From positions 1 to 59,730 of the IMG/VR virus record IMGVR_UViG_3300020395_000008: 59,730 bases of DNA; one strand, 5' to 3'. Numbering within the stretch: the stretch's first letter is position 1; each line of letters opens with the position of its first letter. The DNA is from a virus (taxonomy: Duplodnaviria > Caudoviricetes). Shown piece by piece: positions 48,344 through 56,837 of the stretch. Made by a program: the position numbers and the translations under genes. The notes under the pieces are model-generated. The model saw nothing but the letters and a program-made list of their open reading frames with translations. It did no database searches and had not been told where the DNA came from.

Positions 48344-50497
48344 ATGAGTCAGACTAAAGCACAATTATTAGCACCTATAGGAGTAGTAACCGCACCAGGA
48401 CTTACTGTTACGGGTGTTTTAACTACGACGAGTGCTTTTGACGGACCTGTGACTGGTACGGCTAATAGTATTGTTCAAGGAAGTAATATAATTGTAGGAG
48501 TAATGACTGCAGCAGGGTTTGCGGGTGATTTTACAGGAACAGCAACAGGAATTAAAACAACTTCAAATTTAAATGTTGGTGTGGTTACTGCCTTAAGTTT
48601 TGTTGGTGATGTAACGGGAAATCTAACAGGATCAGCAGGTGGATTATCAGGTACTCCAAATGTTCATGTAGGAGTAGTTACTTCTTCTGCAATGTCAGGG
48701 GATGGTAGTAATTTAACAGGAATAGCAGCAACTGCTTTTACTTCTCAAACTGTTCCTGGAACAACATATGCAATAGATGTTACCTCTCCTGCTGGTGGAA
48801 ACTATACACTATCTGGAACTGATAGAAATGGTTCAGTTAGTGGTAGTGATCCAACAGTTACTGTTGAGGTAGGTGATACACTTAATTTTGTTGTGGATGC
48901 TTCAGGACATCCATTTTATATTAGAGTGTCAGATGGAGGTGCAAATGTAAGTACTCCTGCAGCAACCAATCAAGGTTCTCAAAGTGGCACTGTTTCTTGG
49001 ACACCTAACACTGCTGGTACTTATTATTATCAGTGTGGAAATCATGCTGGTATGATTGGAACCATTACTGTAACTGCTACAACGACAATAGATATAAGTG
49101 CTGGTAACAATATAGTTTTTAATCTAACTTCAAATACAACTGTTTCATTTGCAAATACAGGAACTACCGAAGTTATTAGTATTACTTTTCCCAATGCAAC
49201 TGGTAATATAATATGGCCTGATAGTGTTAGATGGAATGGTGGAGTCGCACCTAAGATGCAGCATTCAGATGATGCTAATCAATTTACTAATGAGTGGAAC
49301 GTCCTTAAATTATTAACTCGTGATTCAGGTCTATCATGGAAAGGATGGGAAGAATCATCATATAATGGTTCTTATTATGCATATGTAACGGGAAGTAATA
49401 CTTATGGAGCATTAGGACAAAATAATACAGTAAAATATTCATCACCAACTCAATTAGGAGCTGGATATAAAGGTATGAGAAGTTGTGCTATTTTCCAATA
49501 TGGTACTTCATATACAAAAACTGATGGAACACTGTGGGGTTCAGGGGCTAATTACTTTGGAATGTTAGGTCTTAATGATACAACATTCCGTTCATCACCA
49601 GTTCAAGTAGGAAGCGATAAGACATGGGATAAAGTATCATACATCTGGAAACACAAATATGGTATTAAAACTGATGGAACAATGTGGGCATGGGGACTTA
49701 ATGATTATGGATCATTAGGACTTAATCAGGCAAATAATCTAGCTCTATCATCACCAACTCAACTACCTGGTACTAATTGGAAAAGTGTAATGGGATCTTA
49801 TTACAACAATGCGGCCGTTAAAACTGACGGTACATTGTGGACATGGGGACTTAATTATGGTGGAGGATTAGGACTTAATCAAGGTTATACTCCTACATTT
49901 CAGGGAATAAGTTCACCTACACAACTTCCTGGTACTGGTTGGCTTAATACAGCATCGGCAGGTTATGAACATATGGCCGTTGATGATGGTGGTGGATTAT
50001 GGACATGGGGAAGTAATTCTTATGGTCAATTAGGACAGAATAATAACACAGCATATTCATCACCAGTTCAAATTTACTCTGGTTTTTCTGCAACTCCGTG
50101 GTCTGGGTGGGCTCAGGCGGCGAACTCTATGGTAGGAACTGTGGATGGTGCATATATGGCACTTAAAGCTGATGGAACAATGTGGTCATGGGGACACGGT
50201 GGTGCGGGAATATTGGGACAAAATGATGAAATAAAACGTTCATCACCAACTCAAGTAGGAACTGTAAGTCCTACATTATATTGGACTCATCTGGTGCAGT
50301 CGGGATGGAAGACTATATTCGGAATTAAAAATGATAATACATTATGGGGATGGGGATATAATGCTGATGGTCAACTAGGACTTAATAGCACATTGCCATA
50401 TTATTCATCACCAACTCAAATTCCTGGTGATTGGTATATGAAGGATGGGCAGATTTCAGCTGATGCTTATGCAACTCTTTGGCGTAAAGCTGACTAA
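48344..50497 (+). CDS. tail fibre/adhesin: stalk + cupredoxin-like domain + RCC1 propeller
   Basis: MSQTKAQL, GDTLNF...GHPFYI...GTYYYQCGNHAGMIG, seven SSPxQ blades. Confidence 0.87.
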   Translation: MSQTKAQLLAPIGVVTAPGLTVTGVLTTTSAFDGPVTGTANSIVQGSNIIVGVMTAAGFAGDFTGTATGIKTTSNLNVGVVTALSFVGDVTGNLTGSAGGLSGTPNVHVGVVTSSAMSGDGSNLTGIAATAFTSQTVPGTTYAIDVTSPAGGNYTLSGTDRNGSVSGSDPTVTVEVGDTLNFVVDASGHPFYIRVSDGGANVSTPAATNQGSQSGTVSWTPNTAGTYYYQCGNHAGMIGTITVTATTTIDISAGNNIVFNLTSNTTVSFANTGTTEVISITFPNATGNIIWPDSVRWNGGVAPKMQHSDDANQFTNEWNVLKLLTRDSGLSWKGWEESSYNGSYYAYVTGSNTYGALGQNNTVKYSSPTQLGAGYKGMRSCAIFQYGTSYTKTDGTLWGSGANYFGMLGLNDTTFRSSPVQVGSDKTWDKVSYIWKHKYGIKTDGTMWAWGLNDYGSLGLNQANNLALSSPTQLPGTNWKSVMGSYYNNAAVKTDGTLWTWGLNYGGGLGLNQGYTPTFQGISSPTQLPGTGWLNTASAGYEHMAVDDGGGLWTWGSNSYGQLGQNNNTAYSSPVQIYSGFSATPWSGWAQAANSMVGTVDGAYMALKADGTMWSWGHGGAGILGQNDEIKRSSPTQVGTVSPTLYWTHLVQSGWKTIFGIKNDNTLWGWGYNADGQLGLNSTLPYYSSPTQIPGDWYMKDGQISADAYATLWRKAD

Positions 50498-50500
50498 ATA
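50493..50500 (+). promoter_or_regulatory. late promoter (ACTAAATA)
   Basis: Late core overlapping the stop codon. Confidence 0.65.
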
Positions 50501-50514
50501 ACTAAAAAAGTAAT

Positions 50515-52356
50515 ATGAGTCAGGAAAAAGCCCAATTAATTGCTCCGATTGAGAATATTACAGCTACAGGAATGGTAGCTTCAGGAGTCATTACTGCTAC
50601 TTCTTTTGATGCAAATATAATTGGAAGTGCAAGTAGTATTATTCAAGGAGAAAATATAGTTGCAGGAGTAGTAACCTCTACTTCTTTGATTGGTAATTTA
50701 ACAGGTGATGCAGGTGGTCTTTCTGGTGATCCTGATATACATGTAGGAGTATTGACTGCTACCAGTTTTGTAGGAAATGTAACAGGTATTGTTACTGGTA
50801 GAGCAACAGGATTATCTAATACAGGTGCAGGTACATCTAATTTAAATATAGGAACTTTTACTGCCACTACTTTTTATGGTGATGGATCAAGTTTAAGTGG
50901 TGTTGCAGGTGCAGCATTTAGGCAACAATCTATTGGTATCACATCTGCGACTACAACAATCGATTTAAGTAATGGTAATGTAATAAATGCCAATCAGAGT
51001 GCTAGTACTACCGTTTCTTTTGCTAATACTGCTGGTACTAATGAAGTATATATTTTTAGAGATAAAGATGCTACGGCGACTGTTAGAACTATTACATGGC
51101 CTGCTAGTATCAAATGGGATGGTGGAATAGAACCTACGTTAACTAATGTTAGTGCGGCAACTACAGAAGGTCAAATATTTAAATTAACTACTCTTACCAA
51201 TGGTGAAACATGGTATGGGAAGCAAGTTTATGATGATAGGGGTTCTTATGCACTATTTGCATGGGGATACAATCAATTTGGTTACTTTGGAAATAATACA
51301 TCACAGGAGTATCGTTCATCACCCGTTCTAATTGGTGGAGGAAATCCTTGGACTGGATTGGTTAAACTTAGTGACTGGGCTTCTGCTGGTTTTGGTTATC
51401 AAAATGATGGATCAATATGGACAACAGGAGGAAATAACAGTTATGGAACGATGGGACTTAATACTGCCACTCCAGCTCCATTTATTTCTTCACCTACTCA
51501 AATAGGAACAGATACTGATTGGACCGAGGGGGGAGTTACATCTAGTACTTCTGTCTTCTCACTTAAAACTAATGGATCATTATGGGCATGGGGTAGAAAT
51601 GATCAGTATGGACACTTAGGAGTAAATGATATCATTCAACGTTCATCACCCACCCAAATACCTGGTACTACATGGTCTACAGTAGGAGCTGCAGAAAACA
51701 CGATACTTGCAACTAGATCTGATAATACAATGTGGGTATGGGGACTTAATAATTTTGGACAAGTAGGAAAAAATGATACAAATAGTGGATATTCATCACC
51801 AACTCAATTAGGAGGTGGTGGTGATTGGGCTTTTGGTTGTGGTAATAAATATTCTCTATATGCAAGCAAAACTGATAATACATTGTGGATATGGGGAGCT
51901 AATGAATATGGAATGTTAGGACTTAATCAATCTTGGGGTACGCCTTCATATGGGGCAATAAGTTCACCAACTCAAATACCAGGAACTAATTGGGGTAACA
52001 CTAGAATTACCATGTCTGCTGGTAATCGTTTAAACATGTTTAATATTAAAACTAATGGAACACTGTGGTCATGGGGATATGGTGGTCATGGAACATTAGG
52101 AGTTAATGATATCCTACATCGTTCATCACCAATTCAAGTAGGATCGGATAATACATGGGCGAGTATTGGTGTTGTTGGTAATTCGGCTTTTGCTACTAAA
52201 ACTGACGGAACTACATGGACATGGGGATCTGGGGGTTATGGATATCAAGGACACAATGATATTGTAAGTCGTTCATCACCAACTCTACTACCAGGTAAAT
52301 GGAGGCCTGACTGTGGTGGTGCTGGTAACTATGGAGGAATTCATCTTCAAGGTTAA
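50515..52356 (+). CDS. tail fibre/adhesin: stalk + RCC1 propeller
   Basis: MSQEKAQL, GVVTATSF repeats, seven SSP blades. Confidence 0.87.
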   Translation: MSQEKAQLIAPIENITATGMVASGVITATSFDANIIGSASSIIQGENIVAGVVTSTSLIGNLTGDAGGLSGDPDIHVGVLTATSFVGNVTGIVTGRATGLSNTGAGTSNLNIGTFTATTFYGDGSSLSGVAGAAFRQQSIGITSATTTIDLSNGNVINANQSASTTVSFANTAGTNEVYIFRDKDATATVRTITWPASIKWDGGIEPTLTNVSAATTEGQIFKLTTLTNGETWYGKQVYDDRGSYALFAWGYNQFGYFGNNTSQEYRSSPVLIGGGNPWTGLVKLSDWASAGFGYQNDGSIWTTGGNNSYGTMGLNTATPAPFISSPTQIGTDTDWTEGGVTSSTSVFSLKTNGSLWAWGRNDQYGHLGVNDIIQRSSPTQIPGTTWSTVGAAENTILATRSDNTMWVWGLNNFGQVGKNDTNSGYSSPTQLGGGGDWAFGCGNKYSLYASKTDNTLWIWGANEYGMLGLNQSWGTPSYGAISSPTQIPGTNWGNTRITMSAGNRLNMFNIKTNGTLWSWGYGGHGTLGVNDILHRSSPIQVGSDNTWASIGVVGNSAFATKTDGTTWTWGSGGYGYQGHNDIVSRSSPTLLPGKWRPDCGGAGNYGGIHLQG

Positions 52357-52382
52357 TGATAGTAAGTCTTAATCTGATCTGA

Positions 52383-52390
52383 TATAAATA
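52383..52390 (+). promoter_or_regulatory. late promoter TATAAATA
   Basis: Exact consensus upstream of a fibre gene. Confidence 0.8.
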
Positions 52391-52416
52391 CATAAAAAGT
52401 AGTGTAGTAGTGAAGA

Positions 52417-54318
52417 ATGGCAACACTTAATTTTCCAGATAATCCCACGACAGGTGACGTTTATACTGACAGTAACTCTGGATTTAGTTATGAGTGGAAT
52501 GGAACCGTATGGATAAGCACAGATCCTTCTACTGCATCTAATATTAGAGAACTGGATGATATTTCCTCAGGTTTTGATAATACAGAGACAGATTTTGCAT
52601 TAAGAGTATCAGGAGAGAGTGTAGAACCAGTCAATGCACAACAACTCATCATCAGTCTTGGTGGTGTGATGCAAAATGCTGGAGATGACTTTACTGTCTC
52701 TGGTTCTACTATTACTTTTACTACTGCTCCTCAATCATCATTATCATTCTTTGGTACTCTTTTAGGAACTGCTTTATCACTTAATACTATTGCTGATGGA
52801 ACTGTACTTCCTACATCATTATCTACAACCAGTAATTATTTGATGAATGGGCTTACTCTTGATCAGGGTGCTGGTATTATAACTGCATTTGCATTTCAAG
52901 GTGGATCTGTTGCTACTGATTTAGACTCATCCTTTGGAGCCGATGTAACATTTGCAGCCAATGTATCTATTGGCGGTTCTTTAACAGTTCAGGGTACTCA
53001 AACTATTATTAATGTTGATGAATTAAATATACAAGACAAAACTATTGGTATTGGATCTACTAATGCACCATCATCTGCTAGTCAAGATGGTTCTGGTGCT
53101 ATAATCTATGGACAAACTCATATTGATATTCTTTATGATAGAGACACAGCATCATTAGGTATTAGCACTGCGGTCACTGTTACTGGTGTTGTTACTGCTA
53201 CTAATATTACTGCTAATGATTCAAGTAAACCATCTCTTTCTCTTCACACGGGTTCAACACTACGTGCTGATTTAAGTGCCAACTCTGGTATAACCAGTAT
53301 TAGAAGTCATGCTAACAGTCCATTTTCCATAAACGTTGGGGGTTCTGGAGAGACTGAAGCACTTCGCATCACATCAGCAGGTAAAGTTGGTATCGGAACT
53401 GATGCTAGTCTAACACATATTTTAACAGTTAATGATACAAATCCAAAAATCTCTATGAGAGATGGAGGAGCAGAAAGAGCATTTTTACATGTTGATGGTT
53501 CGGATGATTTTATTATTAATAATAAATCTATATCAAATCTTATATTTAAAACACAAGATGCTGAAAGACTTCGCATCACATCTGATGGTGATGTGGGTAT
53601 AGGAACTTATGGTGATAGCACTTATAGAACCCACATCAAAAATGATACTTATGGTGTTTTAAAGTTAGAAACAGATCTTACAGGTGGAGATGGAGCTTAC
53701 CTTGATTTGTATCACAATTCAGCTTCTCCAGCAGATGATGATAATTTAGGTAGTATAGGTTTTAAAGGAAAGAATAGTGCAGATGAGGAAACAGATTATG
53801 CTCGAATTAGTGGTTATTCAGGTGATGTCACAGATGGAACAGAAGATGGATATTTCACAATTAATACGAAGTCTGCTGGTACTATGGGAGAAAGACTTCG
53901 CATCACATCAGGTGGTGGATTCTCCTTTAATAATGCTCAGTTAATAGAGAGAGTAGCAATAGTTGCTGGTAAGTTAAGTAATAATACTAATATTAATCTT
54001 GCAGATGGTATGGTTTATTACTTCTCTACTACTGAGACTGGTACATCCACCCCAAACATCAGAATTGATGGTAGTAATACCTTAAACAATGCAATGGATA
54101 CTGGTGATGTCATCTCTGTTACTCTTATAACTACTGCAGCCGCTGCTGCTTATAGTGCTGCATTAAATATTGATAGCAGTAGTGCAACAGTAGAGTGGAG
54201 TGGGGCAACAGCTCCAGCTGCTGGTGGAGCAAGTGGTCTCGATGTTTATGCATATACAATTATAAAAATAGGTAGTGGATCATATAAGGTATTAGGAAAC
54301 TACACCAATTTTGATTAA
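52417..54318 (+). CDS. tail fibre protein with ERLRITSxG modules
   Basis: LNFP..P..G N-terminus, LDDIS..F, three (E)RLRITS.G.VGIGT-type repeats, C-terminal DVY.YTIIK domain. Confidence 0.82.
   Translation: MATLNFPDNPTTGDVYTDSNSGFSYEWNGTVWISTDPSTASNIRELDDISSGFDNTETDFALRVSGESVEPVNAQQLIISLGGVMQNAGDDFTVSGSTITFTTAPQSSLSFFGTLLGTALSLNTIADGTVLPTSLSTTSNYLMNGLTLDQGAGIITAFAFQGGSVATDLDSSFGADVTFAANVSIGGSLTVQGTQTIINVDELNIQDKTIGIGSTNAPSSASQDGSGAIIYGQTHIDILYDRDTASLGISTAVTVTGVVTATNITANDSSKPSLSLHTGSTLRADLSANSGITSIRSHANSPFSINVGGSGETEALRITSAGKVGIGTDASLTHILTVNDTNPKISMRDGGAERAFLHVDGSDDFIINNKSISNLIFKTQDAERLRITSDGDVGIGTYGDSTYRTHIKNDTYGVLKLETDLTGGDGAYLDLYHNSASPADDDNLGSIGFKGKNSADEETDYARISGYSGDVTDGTEDGYFTINTKSAGTMGERLRITSGGGFSFNNAQLIERVAIVAGKLSNNTNINLADGMVYYFSTTETGTSTPNIRIDGSNTLNNAMDTGDVISVTLITTAAAAAYSAALNIDSSSATVEWSGATAPAAGGASGLDVYAYTIIKIGSGSYKVLGNYTNFD
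53361..53909 (+). repeat. three identical 15-bp direct repeats ACTTCGCATCACATC
   Basis: Copies at 53361-53375, 53568-53582 and 53895-53909. Confidence 0.85.
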
Positions 54319-54331
54319 GGAGGATTAAACA

Positions 54332-55717
54332 ATGTCTAATTGGGAACATAAAAAAGAAAAACCCTTCTTAGGGATGCAAGGAATGGGTGGAGGTGTGAGT
54401 TCTCTCATGTGGGCAGGAGCAGGGGGAACGGAAGTATTTGATTTATATGCATGGGGAGCTGGTGAGCATGGAATATTGGGTTTAAATTACGGTGTTCCTG
54501 GATGGCCAGGTTTACCTTGGCAAGGCAACCAACCTGCTTCAATAAATGATAAATCATCTCCTGTTCAAGTACCTGGTGATTATTATTCGATATATGGAGG
54601 AGCAGGTTATACCCTTGGCCATATGTTGGCAGAAAAAGATGAAGAAGGAACCCTATGGGCATGGGGATCTAATTCTTATGGACAATTGGGAATGAATGAT
54701 AACAACGATGGCCCCCATGAAAGAAGAAAATCAAAACCTACTCAAATAGGAACAGATACCAATTGGGTAATGGCAGGATGCTCAGCTGGTAAATCTCTTG
54801 GTCTTAAAGATGATAATACATTATGGGGATGGGGAGAAGGTCATCATGCGATTTGGGGTGGTCAGACCCCGACTTCAGGAACACATAAAAGTTCACCAAC
54901 ACAACTTCCATCTAATTTTAACTTTCCTGGAAAAACGTGGTCAACTAGTCAATTGGCAATGGATGTTGGTCGTGAATCATTTCTGATGATTAATACGGAT
55001 GGAGAATTATGGGGTTGGGGACAAAATTATTCTGGAGAATTGGGACAAAATACAAGTGCTGATAGTGCTGCTCCTTGGGGTGGATATACGTTCTCATCTC
55101 CTGTTCAAATACCTGGTACTTGGGTAACTTGTCGCTCTTGGGATCGTTATGCTATGAAGGGTGGTACTAAAACTGATGGATCACTGTGGTTATGGGGAGG
55201 ATCAGTAGTATGGTCAGGGGCTGGTTCACCCTATTTTCGTGGATATTCATCACCCGTTCAAGTGCCTGGTACTACATGGACTAGTTTGAATACCATTCCT
55301 GGAAATTATTTTGCTACTAAAACTGATGGTACTATGTGGTATGCGGGTAGTAAGGAATATGGACTCCAAGGAATCAATGAGGATGCACCAGGACAGTATG
55401 AATCACCTATTCAAGTGGGTGGCCCAACAAGTACGGATTGGAGTACAAGTATATTATTATCTGAAGGTCAGGGTGGAAAGTCAGCAATGGCACTCAAGAC
55501 TAATGGCTCCTTATGGACATGGGGAGTAAATTATAGAGGAGTATTGGGGCATAATGAGGCAGGAACAATAACCCCTAGTCCAGTTAGTTCACAGGAACAA
55601 GACTCTAAATCATCACCCACTCAAGTAGGTTCTGATAGTACGTGGGGTGGAAGTGATAGTGATAAAGTATATATTGCTGAATCTTATAATTCCTTCTTTG
55701 CTTTAAAAAAGCAATAA
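54332..55717 (+). CDS. RCC1-like beta-propeller adhesin with fibre-tip-type N-terminus
   Basis: KKEKPFLGMQGMGGG N-terminus, seven SSPxQ-type blades; AGGAGG RBS. Confidence 0.85.
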   Translation: MSNWEHKKEKPFLGMQGMGGGVSSLMWAGAGGTEVFDLYAWGAGEHGILGLNYGVPGWPGLPWQGNQPASINDKSSPVQVPGDYYSIYGGAGYTLGHMLAEKDEEGTLWAWGSNSYGQLGMNDNNDGPHERRKSKPTQIGTDTNWVMAGCSAGKSLGLKDDNTLWGWGEGHHAIWGGQTPTSGTHKSSPTQLPSNFNFPGKTWSTSQLAMDVGRESFLMINTDGELWGWGQNYSGELGQNTSADSAAPWGGYTFSSPVQIPGTWVTCRSWDRYAMKGGTKTDGSLWLWGGSVVWSGAGSPYFRGYSSPVQVPGTTWTSLNTIPGNYFATKTDGTMWYAGSKEYGLQGINEDAPGQYESPIQVGGPTSTDWSTSILLSEGQGGKSAMALKTNGSLWTWGVNYRGVLGHNEAGTITPSPVSSQEQDSKSSPTQVGSDSTWGGSDSDKVYIAESYNSFFALKKQ

Positions 55718-55743
55718 TCAGATCAATTAAACAACTGTCACAC

Positions 55744-55773
55744 AACCCCTTGCCAGAAATGGTGAGGGGTTTT
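55744..55773 (+). terminator. stem-loop/terminator ending the late island, overlapping an early promoter
   Basis: AACCCCTTGCCA-GAAA-TGGTGAGGGGTT followed by T residues. Confidence 0.75.
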
Positions 55774-55778
55774 ATAAT
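55750..55778 (+). promoter_or_regulatory. sigma70-type early promoter
   Basis: TTGCCA-N17-TATAAT; AACTGTCACA motif upstream. Confidence 0.8.
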
Positions 55779-55798
55779 ACCTTTGTTCGTGGATTATT

Positions 55799-55906
55799 AT
55801 GCAACTCACTGGATCTGAAAAATTGATTTTCATCACATCTTTCATGGTTCTTATGAACTGGGGTGTACGTGTTTCTCAACTAGTGATTAACAATGCTCTT
55901 TCTTAG
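55799..55906 (+). CDS. small hydrophobic protein (35 aa, absent from ORF track)
   Basis: MQLTGSEKLIFITSFMVLMNWGVRVSQLVINNALS directly after the promoter. Confidence 0.6.
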   Translation: MQLTGSEKLIFITSFMVLMNWGVRVSQLVINNALS

Positions 55907-56306
55907 TCACTCTGGTTACAAATATTCCACGAACAGATGTGAGAGCATCGTTACTTGGTTCGTGGATAAGTATCTCCCACGCCATAAGATCTTCGTGCAT
56001 GTAGACCATAAGGGCCTACTTCGAGAGGGTGTATTTGGTTGGCAGTGGATTACTGATTCTGATTCCAGACCTCGTGAATTTGAGATCGAGATCCACAATC
56101 GCTTATCAGTGGAAGAGTACACTAAAACCCTTCTACATGAACTCTGGCACATATTACAGCATGTGCGTGGTGATTTAAGAGATAAGCGTAATCAACGCCT
56201 CTGGAAGGGCATAGACCACTCTCAGACGGACTATAGTGACCAGCCATGGGAACTAGAGGCACAACACATGGAAAAAGTATTATATGAAGAATATACAAAG
56301 ACATAG
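55893..56306 (+). CDS. putative zinc metallopeptidase (HExxH)
   Basis: TLLHELWHILQH and YSDQPWELEA. Confidence 0.78.
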   Translation: MLFLSHSGYKYSTNRCESIVTWFVDKYLPRHKIFVHVDHKGLLREGVFGWQWITDSDSRPREFEIEIHNRLSVEEYTKTLLHELWHILQHVRGDLRDKRNQRLWKGIDHSQTDYSDQPWELEAQHMEKVLYEEYTKT

Positions 56307-56766
56307 ATATAAAGATAAGAAGATCTTTGAGACTAGAACTCTCACATTTGATGCTTATCCCTACTCTGAAATAGATCAGGTAATAAGATTAATTCAAGAC
56401 AATCTTACGTCTGATTTATTGAAGGGAAGGAAGTCGTTAATGTATCCTAGTGATGTATTAACTAACAAATATTATGGTCATTGTTATCATTCATCACAGG
56501 CCTTGCATTATCTGATGGACTGTGATATACTTATTCCCATGAGTGGAGAAGACTATCGAGGTGAAAAGCATTGGTGGTTACAGGATGGTCAAAAGATTTA
56601 TGACTGTACCGCAAAGCAATACCTTGACAAAGGAAAACTTCCACCCTATAATACAGGAAAGAAATCAGTTTGGTATGGTTGGAAACAACGACCACAACAA
56701 GTTTCTCTCAAACTAATGAAACGAGTATTGAAAGATCGTTTGGTTAGTGATACTATTACTAAATAG
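56284..56766 (+). CDS. hypothetical protein, possible Cys-His-Asp (transglutaminase/papain-like) fold
   Basis: GHCY..S.AL, HWWL, IYD.T..QY. Confidence 0.55.
   Translation: MKNIQRHRYKDKKIFETRTLTFDAYPYSEIDQVIRLIQDNLTSDLLKGRKSLMYPSDVLTNKYYGHCYHSSQALHYLMDCDILIPMSGEDYRGEKHWWLQDGQKIYDCTAKQYLDKGKLPPYNTGKKSVWYGWKQRPQQVSLKLMKRVLKDRLVSDTITK
56624..56652 (+). promoter_or_regulatory. intragenic consensus sigma70 promoter
   Basis: TTGACA(56624-29)-N17-TATAAT(56647-52). Confidence 0.75.
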
Positions 56767-56837
56767 TATCATACCACTCTGGTGTATGTCAGAGTTGGTT
56801 TTACAACTTTCAAATTGTTCTTACGAATTTACCCCCG

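Noticed and set aside
27145-55717. Diversity-generating retroelement acting on RCC1 adhesins
   Set aside because: No reverse transcriptase ORF and no TR/VR pair differing only at adenines was seen in the window.
27145-55717. CRISPR-like array from recurring TCATCACC...CAA repeats
   Set aside because: Repeats are in-frame coding motifs, degenerate and spaced ~130-190 nt; no cas genes.
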